A program made the position numbers and the translations under genes. Below, piece after piece: positions 50,181-64,000 of a stretch of 64,000 nucleotides of DNA. Under the pieces are notes generated by a model, which was not told where the DNA came from, searched no databases, and saw nothing but the letters and a program-made list of their open reading frames with translations. This DNA is from Chiloscyllium plagiosum (lineage: Eukaryota), in the NCBI RefSeq assembly GCF_004010195.1, contig NC_057719.1, positions 59,903,410 through 59,967,409 on the forward strand. The letters are read 5' to 3'. Every line of letters begins with the position of its first letter. Within the stretch, counting starts at the first letter, position 1.

Positions 50181-51379
50181 AGATTCCTAAATACATCACT
50201 AAGCTAAGGACAGAAGCTGTAAAAAAAGTGATGGCCAACATGAGCTAGATTCCCCACTTGGTGTTTTTACTAGAAGTTATAAAAGATATGTTAGTATTAT
50301 ATACTATAAGGGCAATTTGTACCACATTATTTTTTCTAAGTGTTAGGAATCAAAATTAACAGAAATATGAGCAAAGTATTTTCAGGTATGAAAGATGTGA
50401 GAAATATTGTTATTGAGGTATTTCCACAGTAGGCTGTGGAAAGTGACCCCAGAAAACTAATTAAGGCAAAATTGTCAGTTTGGATCAAAGGAACAAACAT
50501 CTAAACTAGTTGCAGAATCTTAGTGTGGAATGGACTTTTAAATAGAATAACAAGCAAAAACCATGTAATAGCAAAATCTTAATTGTTCTAAAGCACCTTT
50601 ATTAAGATAGCAACATGTGGCAAGATAAAATTGAAATAGAACTATGCAAGGAGATATTAGAGCTGATGCAAAAGTTGGTCAAAGAGAACTTAGTTGAAGG
50701 AGGCCAGAGAAGTCAAAAGGCAGACAGATAATGGAGGGGATTTATTATATTCTGATTATTCAGTTCCAGAGACATAGTGCCATGTTTATGCTACTAGGCC
50801 TAAGTGACCATAACGTATTTGGAAGCTGCTAAATAATCAGGTTGGGACCATGCATTTCACCATTGCATAGGGAGGGCAACCACAAGAACCTGCCCAACAT
50901 TGATAACTGGAGTTGAGATTGATAAAGGGCTTTTTGAAGAACATTATGAGATTTTGATGGGATTGTATAGTCTACGTGTTGGGTCAGAGTTAGATCAGGT
51001 ATGCTGTATAGAAGTAGATACAGTGGGGAGTCTGATATAACCGGCCCCAACAAATTAGTTGGGCCTATAAAAGGGAGAAGGTTTCAAATACGAAACTTGG
51101 GCATTTTGTTTTCACAAGTCACAGGAAGAGGGGTCACTAAGTACTCAGGCAATACAGGGATGACCATGATTTTGACAAATGGGTGGCATGTGAGGAAGGT
51201 CAAGGCTTCCAAACAATTGGGGTGCCACCTGAATGCAAGGATGGCATCAGTTTGCAATGAGGAGCAATATCTTCCACAGGAAAGGTAGATCCCTGGACAT
51301 AAGAATGGCAGAGGAAAGGAACTAGGAGTAGGGGTGTTATATGCTTGTTTACCCTGCGTGGATAAAAAGTAACTATAGT

Positions 51380-53550
51380 TAGTTTTACATTTGTTATTGG
51401 GAAAAAAATGTTAGAGTTAGTTAGAAAGGATGTAATAGCAGAGTATATGGAAATGTGTATTTTACAAAGGAAAAATAATCCCTTCAACCTTGAAAATTCT
51501 TTGAGGAGGTATCCAGCAGGTTAGATAAAGAAGACGCAGTAAAATATATGGATTTATACTTGGATTTTCAGAAGGCATTTGGCAAGATACTACGCGTTAG
51601 ACTACTTAAGAAGAGTCCATCGTGTCGGTAGTACATTAGCATGAATAGAGTATTGGCTAATTAATAAAAGACATAGTTGGGATAAAGGGGCACATTTAGT
51701 ATAGCAACCTCGAACAGCTGGAGTGTCATAAGGATCAGTACTGGGGTCACAATTATTACAATATATTAATGACTTGAAAGTGAATGCCAAATTTACAAGT
51801 GGCAGAAAAGTAGGTGAGAAGGCAAGTAATGAGCATGATACAGAATCTGTAGATCGAAATAGTCAAGTGAGTAGGCAAAAATTTGACAGATGGACATAAT
51901 ATAAGAAAATAGGAGGCTATGCACTTTGGTCAGAAAAATAAAGAAGCTGAATATTATTTAGATTGAGAGATTGAGAAATACTACAGAAAGTTACAGCATA
52001 GAGTAGAGTATAAAAAAAGGAAGTATTGCTAAAACTGTATGAGGCAGTCGTCAGACCACACTGGATTACTGTGAACAGTTTTGGATCCCCTAACTAAGGA
52101 AAGATTATAATAATTGCATTGGAAGCAGTGCAAAGACAGTACACATGGAGAGACTGTCTTATGAGGAGAAGTTGAGTAGGTTGGATCTGTATTTATTGGA
52201 ATTTAGAAGAATGAAAGGTGACCTTTTGAAACAGAAGATTCATAGCAGATTTGACAAGTTGGTTCTCCTCATGTGAGAGTTTAGGAACAGAGGACATGAT
52301 TTCAGAATAAGGGGTCATGCATTAAGAGAGATATAAGGGGGAATTCCTTCTTTCAGTGGGTAGTTAATTTGTGGAATTCTTTACCACAAAGGGCTGTATT
52401 CAAGGTCGACATAGATTTTTAATCAGTAAGGGAATGAAGGGTTATGGGAAAAGTCAAGGAAGCAGAGTTGTGGATTCAGATCAATCCTGATCTTATTGAA
52501 TGACGGAACAAATGGGCTGAATGAGCTGCTTCCCCTCTGATGCCTTATGGTCTTTTGAGTACTCTGCTGGCCTGTATGGCCAGTGCCAAAATTGGACAGG
52601 AGCGTGTGCTGCAAGAATAATTTTTTATAAGTGATTGGGATGTGAATATAGGAGGTATGGTTAGTAAGTTTGTGGATGACACCAAGGTTGAACAGTGAAA
52701 AGGTAACCCAAGAGTACAAGGGGACCTTGATCAGATGGACCGTGGAACCTCAAGTTTAATTTAGATAAATGTGACGTGTTGCATTCTGCAAAGGCAGAGC
52801 AGGCAGGACCTGTATGGGTTCTGGGGAGAGTTGCCAAACAAAGACCATGGGGGCAGGTTAATAGTTCCTTGAAAGTGGAATCGCAGGTAGACAGGGCAGT
52901 GAAGTAGGCGTTTGGTAACGCTTGCCTTTATTGGTCAGTGCATTGAGTATAGGAGTTAAGATGTCATGTTGCAGCTGTACAGGATGTTGGTTAGGCCACT
53001 TTTAAAATACTGCATTCAATTCTGGTCTTCCTGCTATAAGAAAGGATCTTGTGAAACCTGAAGGGGGTTCAGAAAAGATTTACAAGGATGTTGCTGGGAT
53101 TGAAGGGTTTGAGCTATTGGGAGAGGCTGAATAGACTGGGACTACTTTCCTTGGAGCTTTGGAGACTGAGGTGTGACCCCTATAGAGGTTAACAAAATCA
53201 TGAAGGGCTTGGATAGGTTGAATGGCCAAGGCCTTTTTCCTAGAGTCGGAGAGTCCAAAACTAAATGACATAGGTTGAAGGTGAGAGGAGATAGATTTAA
53301 AAGGTACTTGAGAGGCATCTTTTTCACGCAGAGGGTGGTGTGTGTATGGAATGAGCTGCCAGAGGAGGTGGTGGAGGCTGGTCCGATTACAACATTTAAA
53401 AGGCATCTGTATGGGTATATGAATAAGAAGGGTTTAGAGGGATATGGGCTAAATGCTGGCAAATGGGACTAGATTTATATAGAATAGCTGGTCAGCATGG
53501 ATGAGTTGGACCAAAGGGTCTGTTTCTGTGCTGTATATCTCTATGACTGT
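51380..53550 (+). mobile_element. Two consecutive CR1-type LINE fragments (about 51380-52550 and 52630-53550)
   Basis: YLDFQKAF-like motif near 51560; KVRGDRFKRYLRGIFFTQRVVCVWNELPEEVVEAG; TCTATGAC tail. Confidence 0.85.
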
Positions 53551-53702
53551 AGGATGCAGGAGGAGGAGAGGTTGTGAGTTGCCTTCACTGACTGAATAGG
53601 AAGCAGAGAGTAGAGGGGGTTAGTAATTTGGGAGGGTGAGTTGGCTGCGAACCACTGAGTGAACATGATACTTGAAATAATGAGAGTTGTAGTCTATGAC
53701 CT

Positions 53703-54018
53703 TTAGATTAGATTAGATTATTTACAGTGTGGAAACGGGCCCTTCGGCCCAACAAGTCCACACCGCCCCGCCGAAGCGCAACCCACCCATACCCCTACAT
53801 TTACCCCTTACCTAACACTACGGGCAATTTAACATGGCCAATTCACCTGACCTGCACATTTTTGGACTGTGGGAGGAAACTGGAGCACCCGGGAAACCCA
53901 CGCAGACACAGGGAGAACGTGCAAACTCCACACAGTCAGTCGCCTGAGGCGGGAATTGAACCCGGGTCTCTGGCGCTGTGAGGCAGCAGTGCTAACCACT
54001 GTGCCACCGTGCCACCCA
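53703..54018 (-). mobile_element. HE1-like SINE, full length
   Basis: Reverse-complement GGTGGCACGGTGGCACAGTGGTTAGC head, B-box, and (TTAGA)n tail. Confidence 0.9.
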
Positions 54019-54999
54019 CCTTTGGTGAGAAGCATTTGCAGTGATAGAGTTAGTGAGTGGTGGCCATGTCAGTATGAGGTAGCAAAGATGGTATTTAATT
54101 TCACAGAGCAAAGAAGATCAAAACCTTTTTCCTGAACCAGGACACTGCATTTACCCTGCCTCTGTCTGAGTCCAGGCTGTCTCTCTGGTGCTATGGCCTT
54201 CTTTACCAGCACTGCTCTCCTCTCCACCATCCAACTTCTGCACGCACTCAGCACCTTTATTTCTCAGCCATTGAAATGAGGCACTAACCTTCCTTTCCTG
54301 GCCATTTCCTTGGGGATAATGATGCACAGCCACAGTATGAAGGGAAGTTCGTGTTTTGCAGCAAAGAAGTGCAGTGAAGCTAATTGTTTTTAATATGACA
54401 CCTTAGCTTCTCCTATCACACAAGTCTGTGAAACAGGCACCAAAGAGGCTAACCACATCACTAATAAGACGAAGAGTGGCTGTTTGCATGAGAAAAGTCG
54501 ATGTGGGCCATGGAAGACTGGCTGCCATAAATCCCTCTTGCCAAGTTGGGAAAATTCAGCCCATTGTATTTCACTTACAAGACTAGTTCTACTGAGTATG
54601 AATTTTTAAAATCTGTTTAACTGGATTTTTCCACCTTTAACCAGTTATAACATTTAACTTGAGCTTTTTTCCCTTTAAACTGTTCATAGATATTTTGTTA
54701 TGTAACGATCATTTTAAAGATACGTAAATATACATATCGCTGAATCTTTTTTTTTTGGCTAAGTGCGAGTTGCATCAAGTTTGGTGGAGTGATTCTGGCC
54801 ATGAGGCTGAATGGATTTCCTTGCCCTATTTTGTTAAACTTGATATTAAGTGAGGTTTTTAACCCTTATGGCAAGTATCATGTCCAATTTCCATCATGTC
54901 TTGCAGCACACTATTCCGGAGCAACTCGCTACTCACCAGTCACTCTAAATTGATTGTCATCCCTGCCACTGTTGGCATATTTATAGAGTCCAGTTGGAC

Positions 55000-55600
55000 A
55001 ATTTGTCAGTCTGGAGGTACTTCGCATGGTTCCTGACATCTGCACCAAAAATGATAGAAAGGATGAAATTACTATCCTGCTTTATTGGCATGGCCCTGCA
55101 GCTCCTCTTGGCTTTGATGCATTGGTGGGACTTATTCGTCTCAAACGATCAGCTGTGGAGAACATGACACCAGACCATGCTAGCCTGGTGTGAAGTTGCC
55201 ACTGAAGTTAGCAGTCGCAGCCAATTGGAGGAATGCCCAGCACTTGAGGAAGAAGGTCAATGTACTTCTCTATTCTATCAGCTTCTCTCCGATTGCTCAC
55301 CTTCACTCTATCTTTGCTACTGGACTCACCTCCCACCTAGGCTTATGCTCTATCACTCCCACTAATGCTTACAACATCATCCCCACTTGCCCTCACCCAC
55401 CTCAATGTTTGACACCATTAACCGTGCTGTCACCCTTTGTGTGCCAAACTCCTCACTTAGGAAAACTCCCCACCTGCACCAACAATAATAATTATGCCAC
55501 CCACTTCCATCTTCCATAATATTTGCCCTTCTGTCATTCCAGGAGTTAAACAGCTCAAAGTAGGGCAGTAAAAGTCAAAATAGGTGATGTGTTGCCCATC
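55000..55600 (+). mobile_element. Possible Harbinger-type Myb/SANT ORF remnant
   Basis: Frameshifted LAWCEVATEVSSRS / WRNAQHLRKKVNVLL resembles the MSANTD-type W..VA..V....R...Q.RKK.N motif. Confidence 0.4.
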
Positions 55601-56344
55601 ATTTGGCTCCTCACCCATTATTAGTAGTGGATCATGACTGTGACCATCTAGAGTAGGATTTGGAGTGATATATAAGGATGCCCTTGACTTAATGTGCCAG
55701 GATCCCCGAAGTGAAGACTATCCTTCTTGACTAGACTGAGGTCAGCTGGCAATTGTTGCAAACTTCCCGACTTTGTCTGAGCTAACTGGCATGTCACCAT
55801 GTTACTGCTCTCTTGAAACATGGTATTTCTGACTGAGGCAGCAATGCACAAAACGGCAAGGCAATACAAGGCAGGGAAGCTACACACGCCCAGGTAGGCT
55901 CTGAGTGAAAGAGTGCTATGACAGCAAGCAAAATGCTGGAGATGTAGCCTGGTTCTGTCCACAGCTAGGTGCATGTCCCTGAATGCAAAGTGCCCTTGCT
56001 ACATCATTACAGTGACAATTGCTGGGATAACTCAAGGTACATCATTGAAGTGCAAAGGTGTGCCATGAGAGATCACAGAGGCTGGTACATGTCGAATGCC
56101 AATGTCTGTGAACTACCAAACTGCTCCTGAGACTATCATTGAAAGGAGGACTGGTGGCGGCACTGTGCCCCAATCACAGTCTAGTACCCAGATATCATAT
56201 GTTATGACATGATAAGCAGCTCTGTGAACTCCATTTACCTGTCACATACCACATGCTTGCAGTGATGGACTCTGTTGTGTAAAGTCCAAAAAAGACTAAG
56301 AGTGAAAACTACTCAGAATCACCTGAAGAAAAGGAACAACATTT

Positions 56345-56670
56345 GTAGACCTCCCACTCCACCAAGGACGTGTAGGTGCTGGGCCTCCTCCATCGCCAAA
56401 CTCTCACCACCCGACGCCTGGAGGAAGAACGCCTCATTTTCTGCCTTGGGACCTTGAAACCACATGGGATTAATGTCAATTCCACCAATTTCCTAATTTC
56501 CCCATCCCATTTTATCCCAGTCCTAAGCCTCCAACTCGGCACCGCCCTCTTGACCCTGTCCATTGTCTTTCCCATCTATCTGCTCCACTCTCCTCTCTGA
56601 CCTACTGCCTTCTGCCCCACCTTCATCTACTTATTGCATTCCCAACTACCTTCCCCTCCCAGCCCCAAAT
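56345..56670 (+). mobile_element. Penelope-like GIY-YIG C-terminal fragment
   Basis: LGLLHRQTLTTRRLEEERLIFCLGTLKPHGINV. Confidence 0.75.
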
Positions 56671-56999
56671 TATGAGCAATTTTAAAAATACTGGCTTTCT
56701 GAAAAAGAACATTTTGAAGCTCAAAGCAGTAAATCACTACAGAACAACCAGCTGTTTTGGAAGAATTTGATTTAATTCAACAGTGATGCATATTTATCAA
56801 AAATAGGCAAATATAAAAAAAGGTACAGAAAACAGTAGCAAATTTTATAGTATTTTAAAATAAAATTGTATTCCTGAATAGAAGACAAGTTTATAGAACG
56901 TAAAATATAAAACAGTGTTGAAATTATTCAGATTTAAAATGCTTTCCCAGGCATACGTTTCATCAACACATGATGAAGTAGTGGAAAAAGTCAAGACTT

Positions 57000-57500
57000 C
57001 CTAATAAATTCAAGATCTGAGGTAGTCCTAAAGAGTACGAGAGTGGACCAAATGGAGAAAATGATTAAAATACAAAATTGCTTCAAAACTCAATGTCAAA
57101 TCAGAAGTGGAACAAGTTAATGCACCACTAGGTTATACAGCTGATGAAATTATGAATTATCAGAAGATTAAGAAAGATAGACATTACAAAGTGTTGAAAA
57201 TTAAGAACAAATGGAATTCTAGAATGGGCATGATTCACCAGAAAAGCTAATCTTCCAGAAGAAACTGCAGACAATTTCATTAATGATTTCATTAATTTCA
57301 TCAATTCCAAAATTAAAGCAATGTTCTGAGTGTCACTACAACATAAAGAATAACATTTGAGAATGTGTATATCCAGAATCAAGAAAGCTTACCCCTGAAT
57401 AAAGAAGTGGGTTTTGCCCTCACCATTCTGTAGTTAGTTCATGTGGTTCAACCACTTAATGAGAAAGCTACCAATGTCAGATTTATGAAAACAGAATCCA
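57000..57500 (+). mobile_element. Possible decayed Gypsy gag remnant
   Basis: EWA*FTRKANLPEETADNFINDF resembles the gag ERA.F..R.Q...E..D.FI.DL motif. Weak. Confidence 0.3.
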
Positions 57501-58425
57501 TGGAAACTGTTATAGGTTACCCAAGATTAATTGCTGAACTTGAGAAGTTACAACCAGCACAAATCACTTACTGGAGTTAGACTTATTTTACACTATCAGC
57601 ATGGAAGAAAACACTGACTTCACAGGGTTATAGGAAATGTTTTCTATCCCTGACTGCTCGGAAAGGTATCCTCAGACGTTATCAGCAAGATGTTCGACAA
57701 AAACCAAAATACAGCAGCTGAAATTAAACCATACAATCCACCTGAGCTTATTTGGTGAACTTTACTTGAACCAGTAAAGACAACATCTTAGCCTGCTACA
57801 CAATTGGATGACACATAACAGTCAATACCACTGATGATGTTCATATGAAAGAGATCTCCACACCAAATAAAAGATTTGTCAGAAGACTTATCCTACAGAT
57901 GTTGCTTGAACTACCAGTCAGTGTATGATCGTCTGCATTACTTTTAAATAATTTTCCAGTATGTTGCATATAGTGCTGAAAGCATCTTACATAAAATTTG
58001 CTGTTCGTATACTGTCCAATCTGGACCTCAATGCCTGTACAACTCCTTTAGAGATGGAGTATGAAAGTAGTAGATCTGTTTGACCTTCGGGTCAGTAGTA
58101 ACATCACAGTAGTGCCACTGAAAAATGTTGCTCCTCGTATATCACCACTGCAGACGTATTGAGTATTTCCAGTGTTTCTGATTTGATTTCATATCCTTTG
58201 TGGTGTATATTTCAATACTGTGTGGCTGAGCTCTTGGATCTTGCCTAATATAATTATTACAGGCACACTGCAAGGAGAAGTTCGAAGACCATACTTAATG
58301 AGGTGGAAAACTATAATCTTTGTCATTGGAAGTTGCCAATAAGGGCAATTCAATATTCACTACAAATAGTTCCTTTCTCCTCACTCTGATTCTTCTGAGT
58401 TTCCTGTAGGAATGCTTCTATATTT

Positions 58426-59410
58426 AGAGTCATAGAGATGTACAGCATGGAAACAGACCCTTCGGTCCAACCCGTCCATGCCGACTAGATATCCCAACAC
58501 AATCTAGTCCCACCTGCCAGCACCCGGTCCATATCCCTCCAAACCCTTCCTATTCATATACCCATCCAAATGCCTCTTAAATGTTGCAATTGTACCNNNN
58601 NNNNNNNNNNNNNNNNNNNNNNNNNNNNNNNNNNNNNNNNNNNNNNNNNNNNNNNNNNNNNNNNNNNNNNNNNNNNNNNNNNNNNNNNNNNNNNNNNNNN
58701 NNNNNNNNNNNNNNNNNNNNNNNNNNNNNNNNNNNNNNNNNNNNNNNNNNNNNNNNNNNNNNNNNNNNNNNNNNNNNNNNNNNNNNNNNNNNNNNNNNNN
58801 NNNNNNNNNNNNNNNNNNNNNNNNNNNNNNNNNNNNNNNNNNNNNNNNNNNNNNNNNNNNNNNNNNNNNNNNNNNNNNNNNNNNNNNNNNNNNNNNNNNN
58901 NNNNNNNNNNNNNNNNNNNNNNNNNNNNNNNNNNNNNNNNNNNNNNNNNNNNNNNNNNNNNNNNNNNNNNNNNNNNNNNNNNNNNNNNNNNNNNNNNNNN
59001 NNNNNNNNNNNNNNNNNNNNNNNNNNNNNNNNNNNNNNNNNNNNNNNNNNNNNNNNNNNNNNNNNNNNNNNNNNNNNNNNNNNNNNNNNNNNNNNNNNNN
59101 NNNNNNNNNNNNNNNNNNNNNNNNNNNNNNNNNNNNNNNNNNNNNNNNNNNNNNNNNNNNNNNNNNNNNNNNNNNNNNNNNNNNCAGTCTGAAAAACAAC
59201 CCTCCACCACCACCCTCTATCCTCTACCTTTGAGCCAGTTCTGTATCCAAATGGCTAGTTCTCCCTGTATTCCATGAGATCTAACCTTGCTAATCAGTCT
59301 CCCATGGGGAACCTTGTCGAACGCCTTACTGAAGCCCATATAGATCACATCTACTGCTGTGCCCTCATCAGTCTTCTTTGTTACTTCTTCAAAAAACTCA
59401 ATCAAGTTTG
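58426..59410 (-). mobile_element. CR1/HER1-type LINE spanning assembly gap 58597-59184
   Basis: IEFFEEVTK...VDVIYMGFSKAFDKVPH on one side of the gap; FKRHLDGYMN and the LINE tail on the other. Confidence 0.9.
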
Positions 59411-61330
59411 TTTGTATAAAAAACTTTGCTTGTACGTTTCACAGTGGTTTTACTAGATGGCCAGTACAATGGATTGTTGTGATTATAAACAAAAGTTTAT
59501 TAAAGATGTTTATTTGAAGCTTATCTTTCCTCCAACGGACAAGCTCCCATTCAGAGTTATCTCTTGCACTTAGGTCTTATTTTAATTCGGTAAAAGACAC
59601 ATTCATGGGTACCACGTGCAAATACACTGTCATGCTGACCATAGAAAGAATGGAGGGTTTAGCGCAGCTCATTCCAAAATGAGGTTTGGAACCCCAGGTT
59701 GATCCTGAGCTTGAAGAACAATGGGGCACTGACTAAGTTGAAAGCAGCAGTGCTCCTGCTCCAACAGGCCCCTTCTCTCATGGAACCCCTCCTTTAGTTT
59801 AATGTCTCAGTTCTCATTGAGGGGTTGTAAATAACTTTCAGCCTCCGTATGGCATCATAGAGGGAAATTACTTGAGAAACACTGATTACTTGTTAGATTG
59901 GGGTAGAGTGAGACTTTGGTGAGTGCACATTTACAATACAGCTTACTAAGTATACACAAGTGCAAACAATAAATTGGCCTATGAAAAATGCTGATTTTTT
60001 TACATGTCACCTCCAGCATAAAAATTGACATAATGCTTGAAATAAGTCTCCTAGGCCCTTCATCTCCGGGGCTCCAGAACTTGAACTTGTCTGGATCCTT
60101 AGGTGTTTTTGCTGCTTTGGTCTAGGTACATTCTTTTAAGGCTAGGCCTGACTGCTCCAATTCACAATCCATTCTGACTAAGGGACTGGAGTGGGAATAA
60201 CTTCTTCCACCCACTGCTTCAAGCACTGCTGGCTTTTTAAGGTAGAGCAGAAGTTCTCCCTTTGCAAAACCACAAAAAAAACCAGCTGAGTTTATGATTG
60301 TTCTGATAGACTCAAGCTCAGTTTTCATAATCTAACAGAAACAACCATGGATTTCTGGGCAATGATATACAAACAATCAGCATTTGTATGCCCAGGACTG
60401 TAAGATTAAGCACTTTGTTCTTGTAAAACCACTGTTTTCATACATTAGCGTGATTTCATGAAGAGGAATGAAATCATTGCAAAAAACATGCCTCTATCTG
60501 TTTTTCATCTTTCTTCTACATAACTTCAAAGTCAATCCCAGTTAAATATAATTGCTATGCCATTATTAAACCAAGACATCTAAATTAAATTGTTAACATA
60601 CATTTCAGTGCACTGCATTCATTTGAACTCTTGCAACTAGTCAATATTTGGATATGTGAATAACTTGCGTATATATTTGTTCTGCTTTTATCAGAAGACA
60701 AATTTTGATGACCATAATAACTGTTATAGAATGTGTGCAACAAAACACCATTTTTAAATTCCTATTACATTTTCAAAACTGTTGTCACCTAGTAAAAACC
60801 AGATGAGCACCATCAAGATACTGGACTTGAGTTGTTAATAGATGTCTAGTTTAGACATGCTCCATTCAGTGATACAACTTGTACCTACAAAAAATTTCAC
60901 TGAATTGATGGAAGCAGAGAATTGGTGCAGGGATCAAGAACCTCTGGCATAGCTCAGCACTCTCAGGAATATAAGCTGAGAACTTGCTGGTTTCATCGTG
61001 CCAGTTTCTTTCTAATTAATTAATTAGAATTAACTAATTTATTAATGTTCAGTTTTGATGATTCTTAAGAAATGTCAGATTTTTATAGCCCTCTGAAAAC
61101 TGAATATGAAACACGTGCTATTATGGTAGTTTATATACTTTGGTTTACAAAGGCAATTTAAAAAGTCTGATTGATTTTCCTGCTTTCACTGCTGAGGCTT
61201 TAAAATTACTGTTTACTTGTCCCAGAATAGGTACTTTATTTATTTGCAACTTTGTACTATCAAGTTCTGCTTTGATTGAGGTGTTCACTTGTACATTAAG
61301 TTACTTCACTGGAGTTTGACTATCACTGTG

Positions 61331-61400
61331 TTCACGTTCTGCACGTAGCACTGTCGTTAAATCAACAAGCAGTTGGCTAAGAGCCAGACCTCACCGGAAG
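61331..61400 (-). promoter_or_regulatory. Candidate intronic hypoxia-response element
   Basis: Minus strand reads GCTACGTGCAGAACGTGAA (61349-61331), i.e. two ACGTG cores, in non-repetitive intron sequence. ETS-like CCGGAAG at 61394-61400 and CACGTG at 61112-61117. Confidence 0.55.
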
Positions 61401-62077
61401 CAGCTATCCTGCTCCCAAACATTTCAGTTTATGATTATGTTACAAAATATATGACAAGTTACATCTATTGATAATTATTTTCCAGCATTATAACTAAATT
61501 GACAATGCTTTTAAATATCTTTATTCTTTGTTCCGTTTACTAGTTGTTGGAGTTTTATCAGATCTATAACTAAGAAACTCTCAGCTATTCATAGGCACAA
61601 AAAGATCCCTTTATCTCGTGCTGATTGCATCTCATTCTTGAGTTGGTGATGTTTATTACATCTAGGAAGTTTGGTTTCTCTGGTCGAGTGAGGTTTGTGG
61701 TAGAAAGCTGCTGTGCTTGTTTATAGATTTCACTCTTGATTTATCTTGGTTTATGAATCTCATGTTTTGTGAGAGGACGTAGTGGTTAAACTCCAATTTA
61801 CAATATCTATGTCTGTCACCCAATTTTAGTTTTTCTTGGTCTTTTGTTGCTAATGTCTATACTTTTGTTTTAATATCCTATTTAAAGGTGTTGACTTCTT
61901 CCTGAGGTACAATCTCATTTCTGAGATGCAGGTTCACAGGAGGTATGTTCTAGTACCTCACTCAAGTCAGTCATCAATGAAATTTGACATTAAATATTGG
62001 TAGGCTATTCAATTAATGAAGGCAGTACAATAAAACTCAATTTTATTCTAACTTGACATCCACATGCATCTTCGAAT

Positions 62078-62567
62078 AGATTAGATTACTTACAGTGTGG
62101 AAACAGGCCCTTCGGCCCAACCAGTCCACACCGACCCTCCGAAGAGTAACCCACCCAGACCCATTTCCCTCCTAATACTAACACTAGTGGGTAATTTAGC
62201 TTGGGAGGAGAAAGTGAGGACTGCAGATGCTGGAGATCAGAGCTGAAAATGTGTTGCTGGAAAAGCGCAGCAGGTCAGGCAGCATCCAAGGAGCAGGAGA
62301 GTCGATGTTTCAGGCATGAGCCCTTCTTCAGGATGCTGCCTGACCTGCTGCGTTTTTCCAGCAACACATTTTCAAGGCAATTTAGCATGGCCAATTCACC
62401 TGACCTACACATCTTTGGATTGTGGGAGGAAACCGGAGCTCCCGGAGGAAACCCACGACACAGGGAGAACGTGCAAACTCCACACAGACAGTCAGCCAAG
62501 GCTGGAATCGAACCTGGGACCTTGGTGCTGTGAGGCAGCAGTGCTAACCACTGATCAATGTGCCACG
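62078..62567 (-). mobile_element. HE1-like SINE interrupted by a fold-back Penelope-like insertion (62205-62375)
   Basis: SINE halves separated by an insert with imperfect TSD GGTAATTTAGCTTGG 62190-62204 / GGCAATTTAGCATGG 62376-62390. Confidence 0.85.
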
Positions 62568-62649
62568 GTTACTGCATGTGGGATCCTTGGTTGATGTACC
62601 ACTTCTTAACCTAGGCTGTAGAAGCAATTGATACTACCCTAGTTCAAAA

Positions 62650-63720
62650 AATCAGAGTATGGTTACAGCAAGAAGAAGGTAATTTGGTCTGTAGAGTCTC
62701 TACTCGCTCTACGAAGGATCAAGTTATGTATTCACTGGTTCCTTTTTAGATAATGATCCAATCCTCTTTTTAATGTCTCAGTTAACTTCCACCACAGCCT
62801 CAAGTTGTGCATTCCAGACGCTAACCAGTTGCAGTATGAAGAAGATGTTCTTCATATCAGTATTGCTTATTTTGCCAAATACTTTAAATCTTTTGTCCTC
62901 TTCTCAATCTTTCCACCAATAGAAGTAGTTTTCCCAAAACACTATGTCCAGACTTCTCATGATTTGAGTACCTCTGTCAACTGTCTCTTAACCTTCTGTT
63001 TTCTGTGGAAAGCAGTTCCATTTCTTCATCTTTTCTGTGTAACTGATATTATTCAACCTTGGAGTCATTCCTGTGATTTCCTTTTCTGCACATTCTTTAT
63101 TGCATTCACATTTTTTTCTAAAGTGTGGGGATCACAACTGGACACAGTGCATCAGTTGAGATGAAACCAGTGTTTCATACAAGTTTTAACATCACTTTCT
63201 TGCTTCTCGTAATGCCCCTCTATTTATTAACCATTCCATCAATCTGACCTGTTATGAATACCTAGGACATCTGTTCCTGCACCTCATTTACAAATATAAG
63301 CAAGCTTTCCTTAATTAATTGAATTTGTCCCTTTTGCCTATTCATTTTGTTCCAAATGATCTTTCTAGAAACTTCTTCAGTACCAAGGTTGAACTTTCTG
63401 GCCACCGGTTGCTGGGCTTATTTTTGCAATTCTTTACTCTCAATTTTCTGCCTCAGAGCGCTGTGGAAGCTCCGGCTTTGGGGTAAAAGGCATTAAAGTT
63501 TTTAATCAGCTATGATCAGATTAAACACAGAGCAGACTTGATGGACTGAATGGCCTATTCCTGTTCCTGTGTTCCTCTTGCACCACCCCGAGTCTAAGGA
63601 AGACTGGAAAATTATGGCCACTGCCTCTGCAATTTCCACGCTCATTTCTCTCAGTATTCTTGAATGTGTCCCTTTGGTCTTGCTGTCTTAGCAAACTGAA
63701 GTGCAGAGAGTCTACACATT
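62650..63720 (-). mobile_element. Old CR1-type LINE fragments
   Basis: Reverse-complement HCVQL*SPHF near 63120-63150 and linker-like sequence at 63590-63680. Confidence 0.5.
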
Positions 63721-64000
63721 ACTTCCTTATCGAGTTGAGACTAGCCGACTCAGCACAAATCTGGACTACTCCTGTGATTTGTTTTAAAATCATAAAGGTT
63801 TACTTTTCCATTCTATTTCCCTATTCAGAAATAAATGATAGCTGGGAGCCAGAAGCTGTGAGAGATCAGTCACATTAGCTGCTGTGAATGGAAAAACAAG
63901 TATGTATTTAGTTTATTAAGATATTGGCAGCATGTGTTCTTCCCCTCTCTTTCAAAAAGGAAGTGCAAATCCAAAAATGTACAGCATCTTCTCTGGCATT

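Noticed and set aside
53945..54018. tRNA genes
   Set aside because: The A/B-box sequences are heads of HE1-like SINEs, followed by SINE core and tail.
58597..59184. Gap hiding EGLN exon 2
   Set aside because: Both flanks are collinear parts of one CR1-type LINE, so the gap is most likely LINE sequence.

Overview
Repeat-rich vertebrate genomic DNA with three N-gaps. HE1/V-SINE-type and Deu-type SINEs, CR1-type LINEs and Penelope-like elements point to a cartilaginous fish (shark); the species cannot be read from the sequence. The only host-gene coding sequence I can support is the 5' part of an EGLN/PHD (HIF prolyl hydroxylase) locus on the + strand. It has two homologous 'exon-1' units in tandem. 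Exon A (CpG island, 40191-41570) has a long EGLN2/PHD1-like N-terminus and an extended beta2-beta3 loop. Exon B (48808-49146) is short and EGLN3/PHD3-like. Both end at the same phase-0 donor position, and I find no catalytic exons between them in gap-free sequence. The likely reading is one gene with alternative promoters and first exons that swap the substrate-recognition half of the enzyme. HIF-response (RCGTG) motifs sit at both putative promoters and about 12 kb into the following intron. The rest is transposon debris, including Penelope-like termini with minimal hammerhead-ribozyme motifs. Repeat boundaries are approximate, and comparisons with human EGLN proteins are from memory, not from a run alignment.
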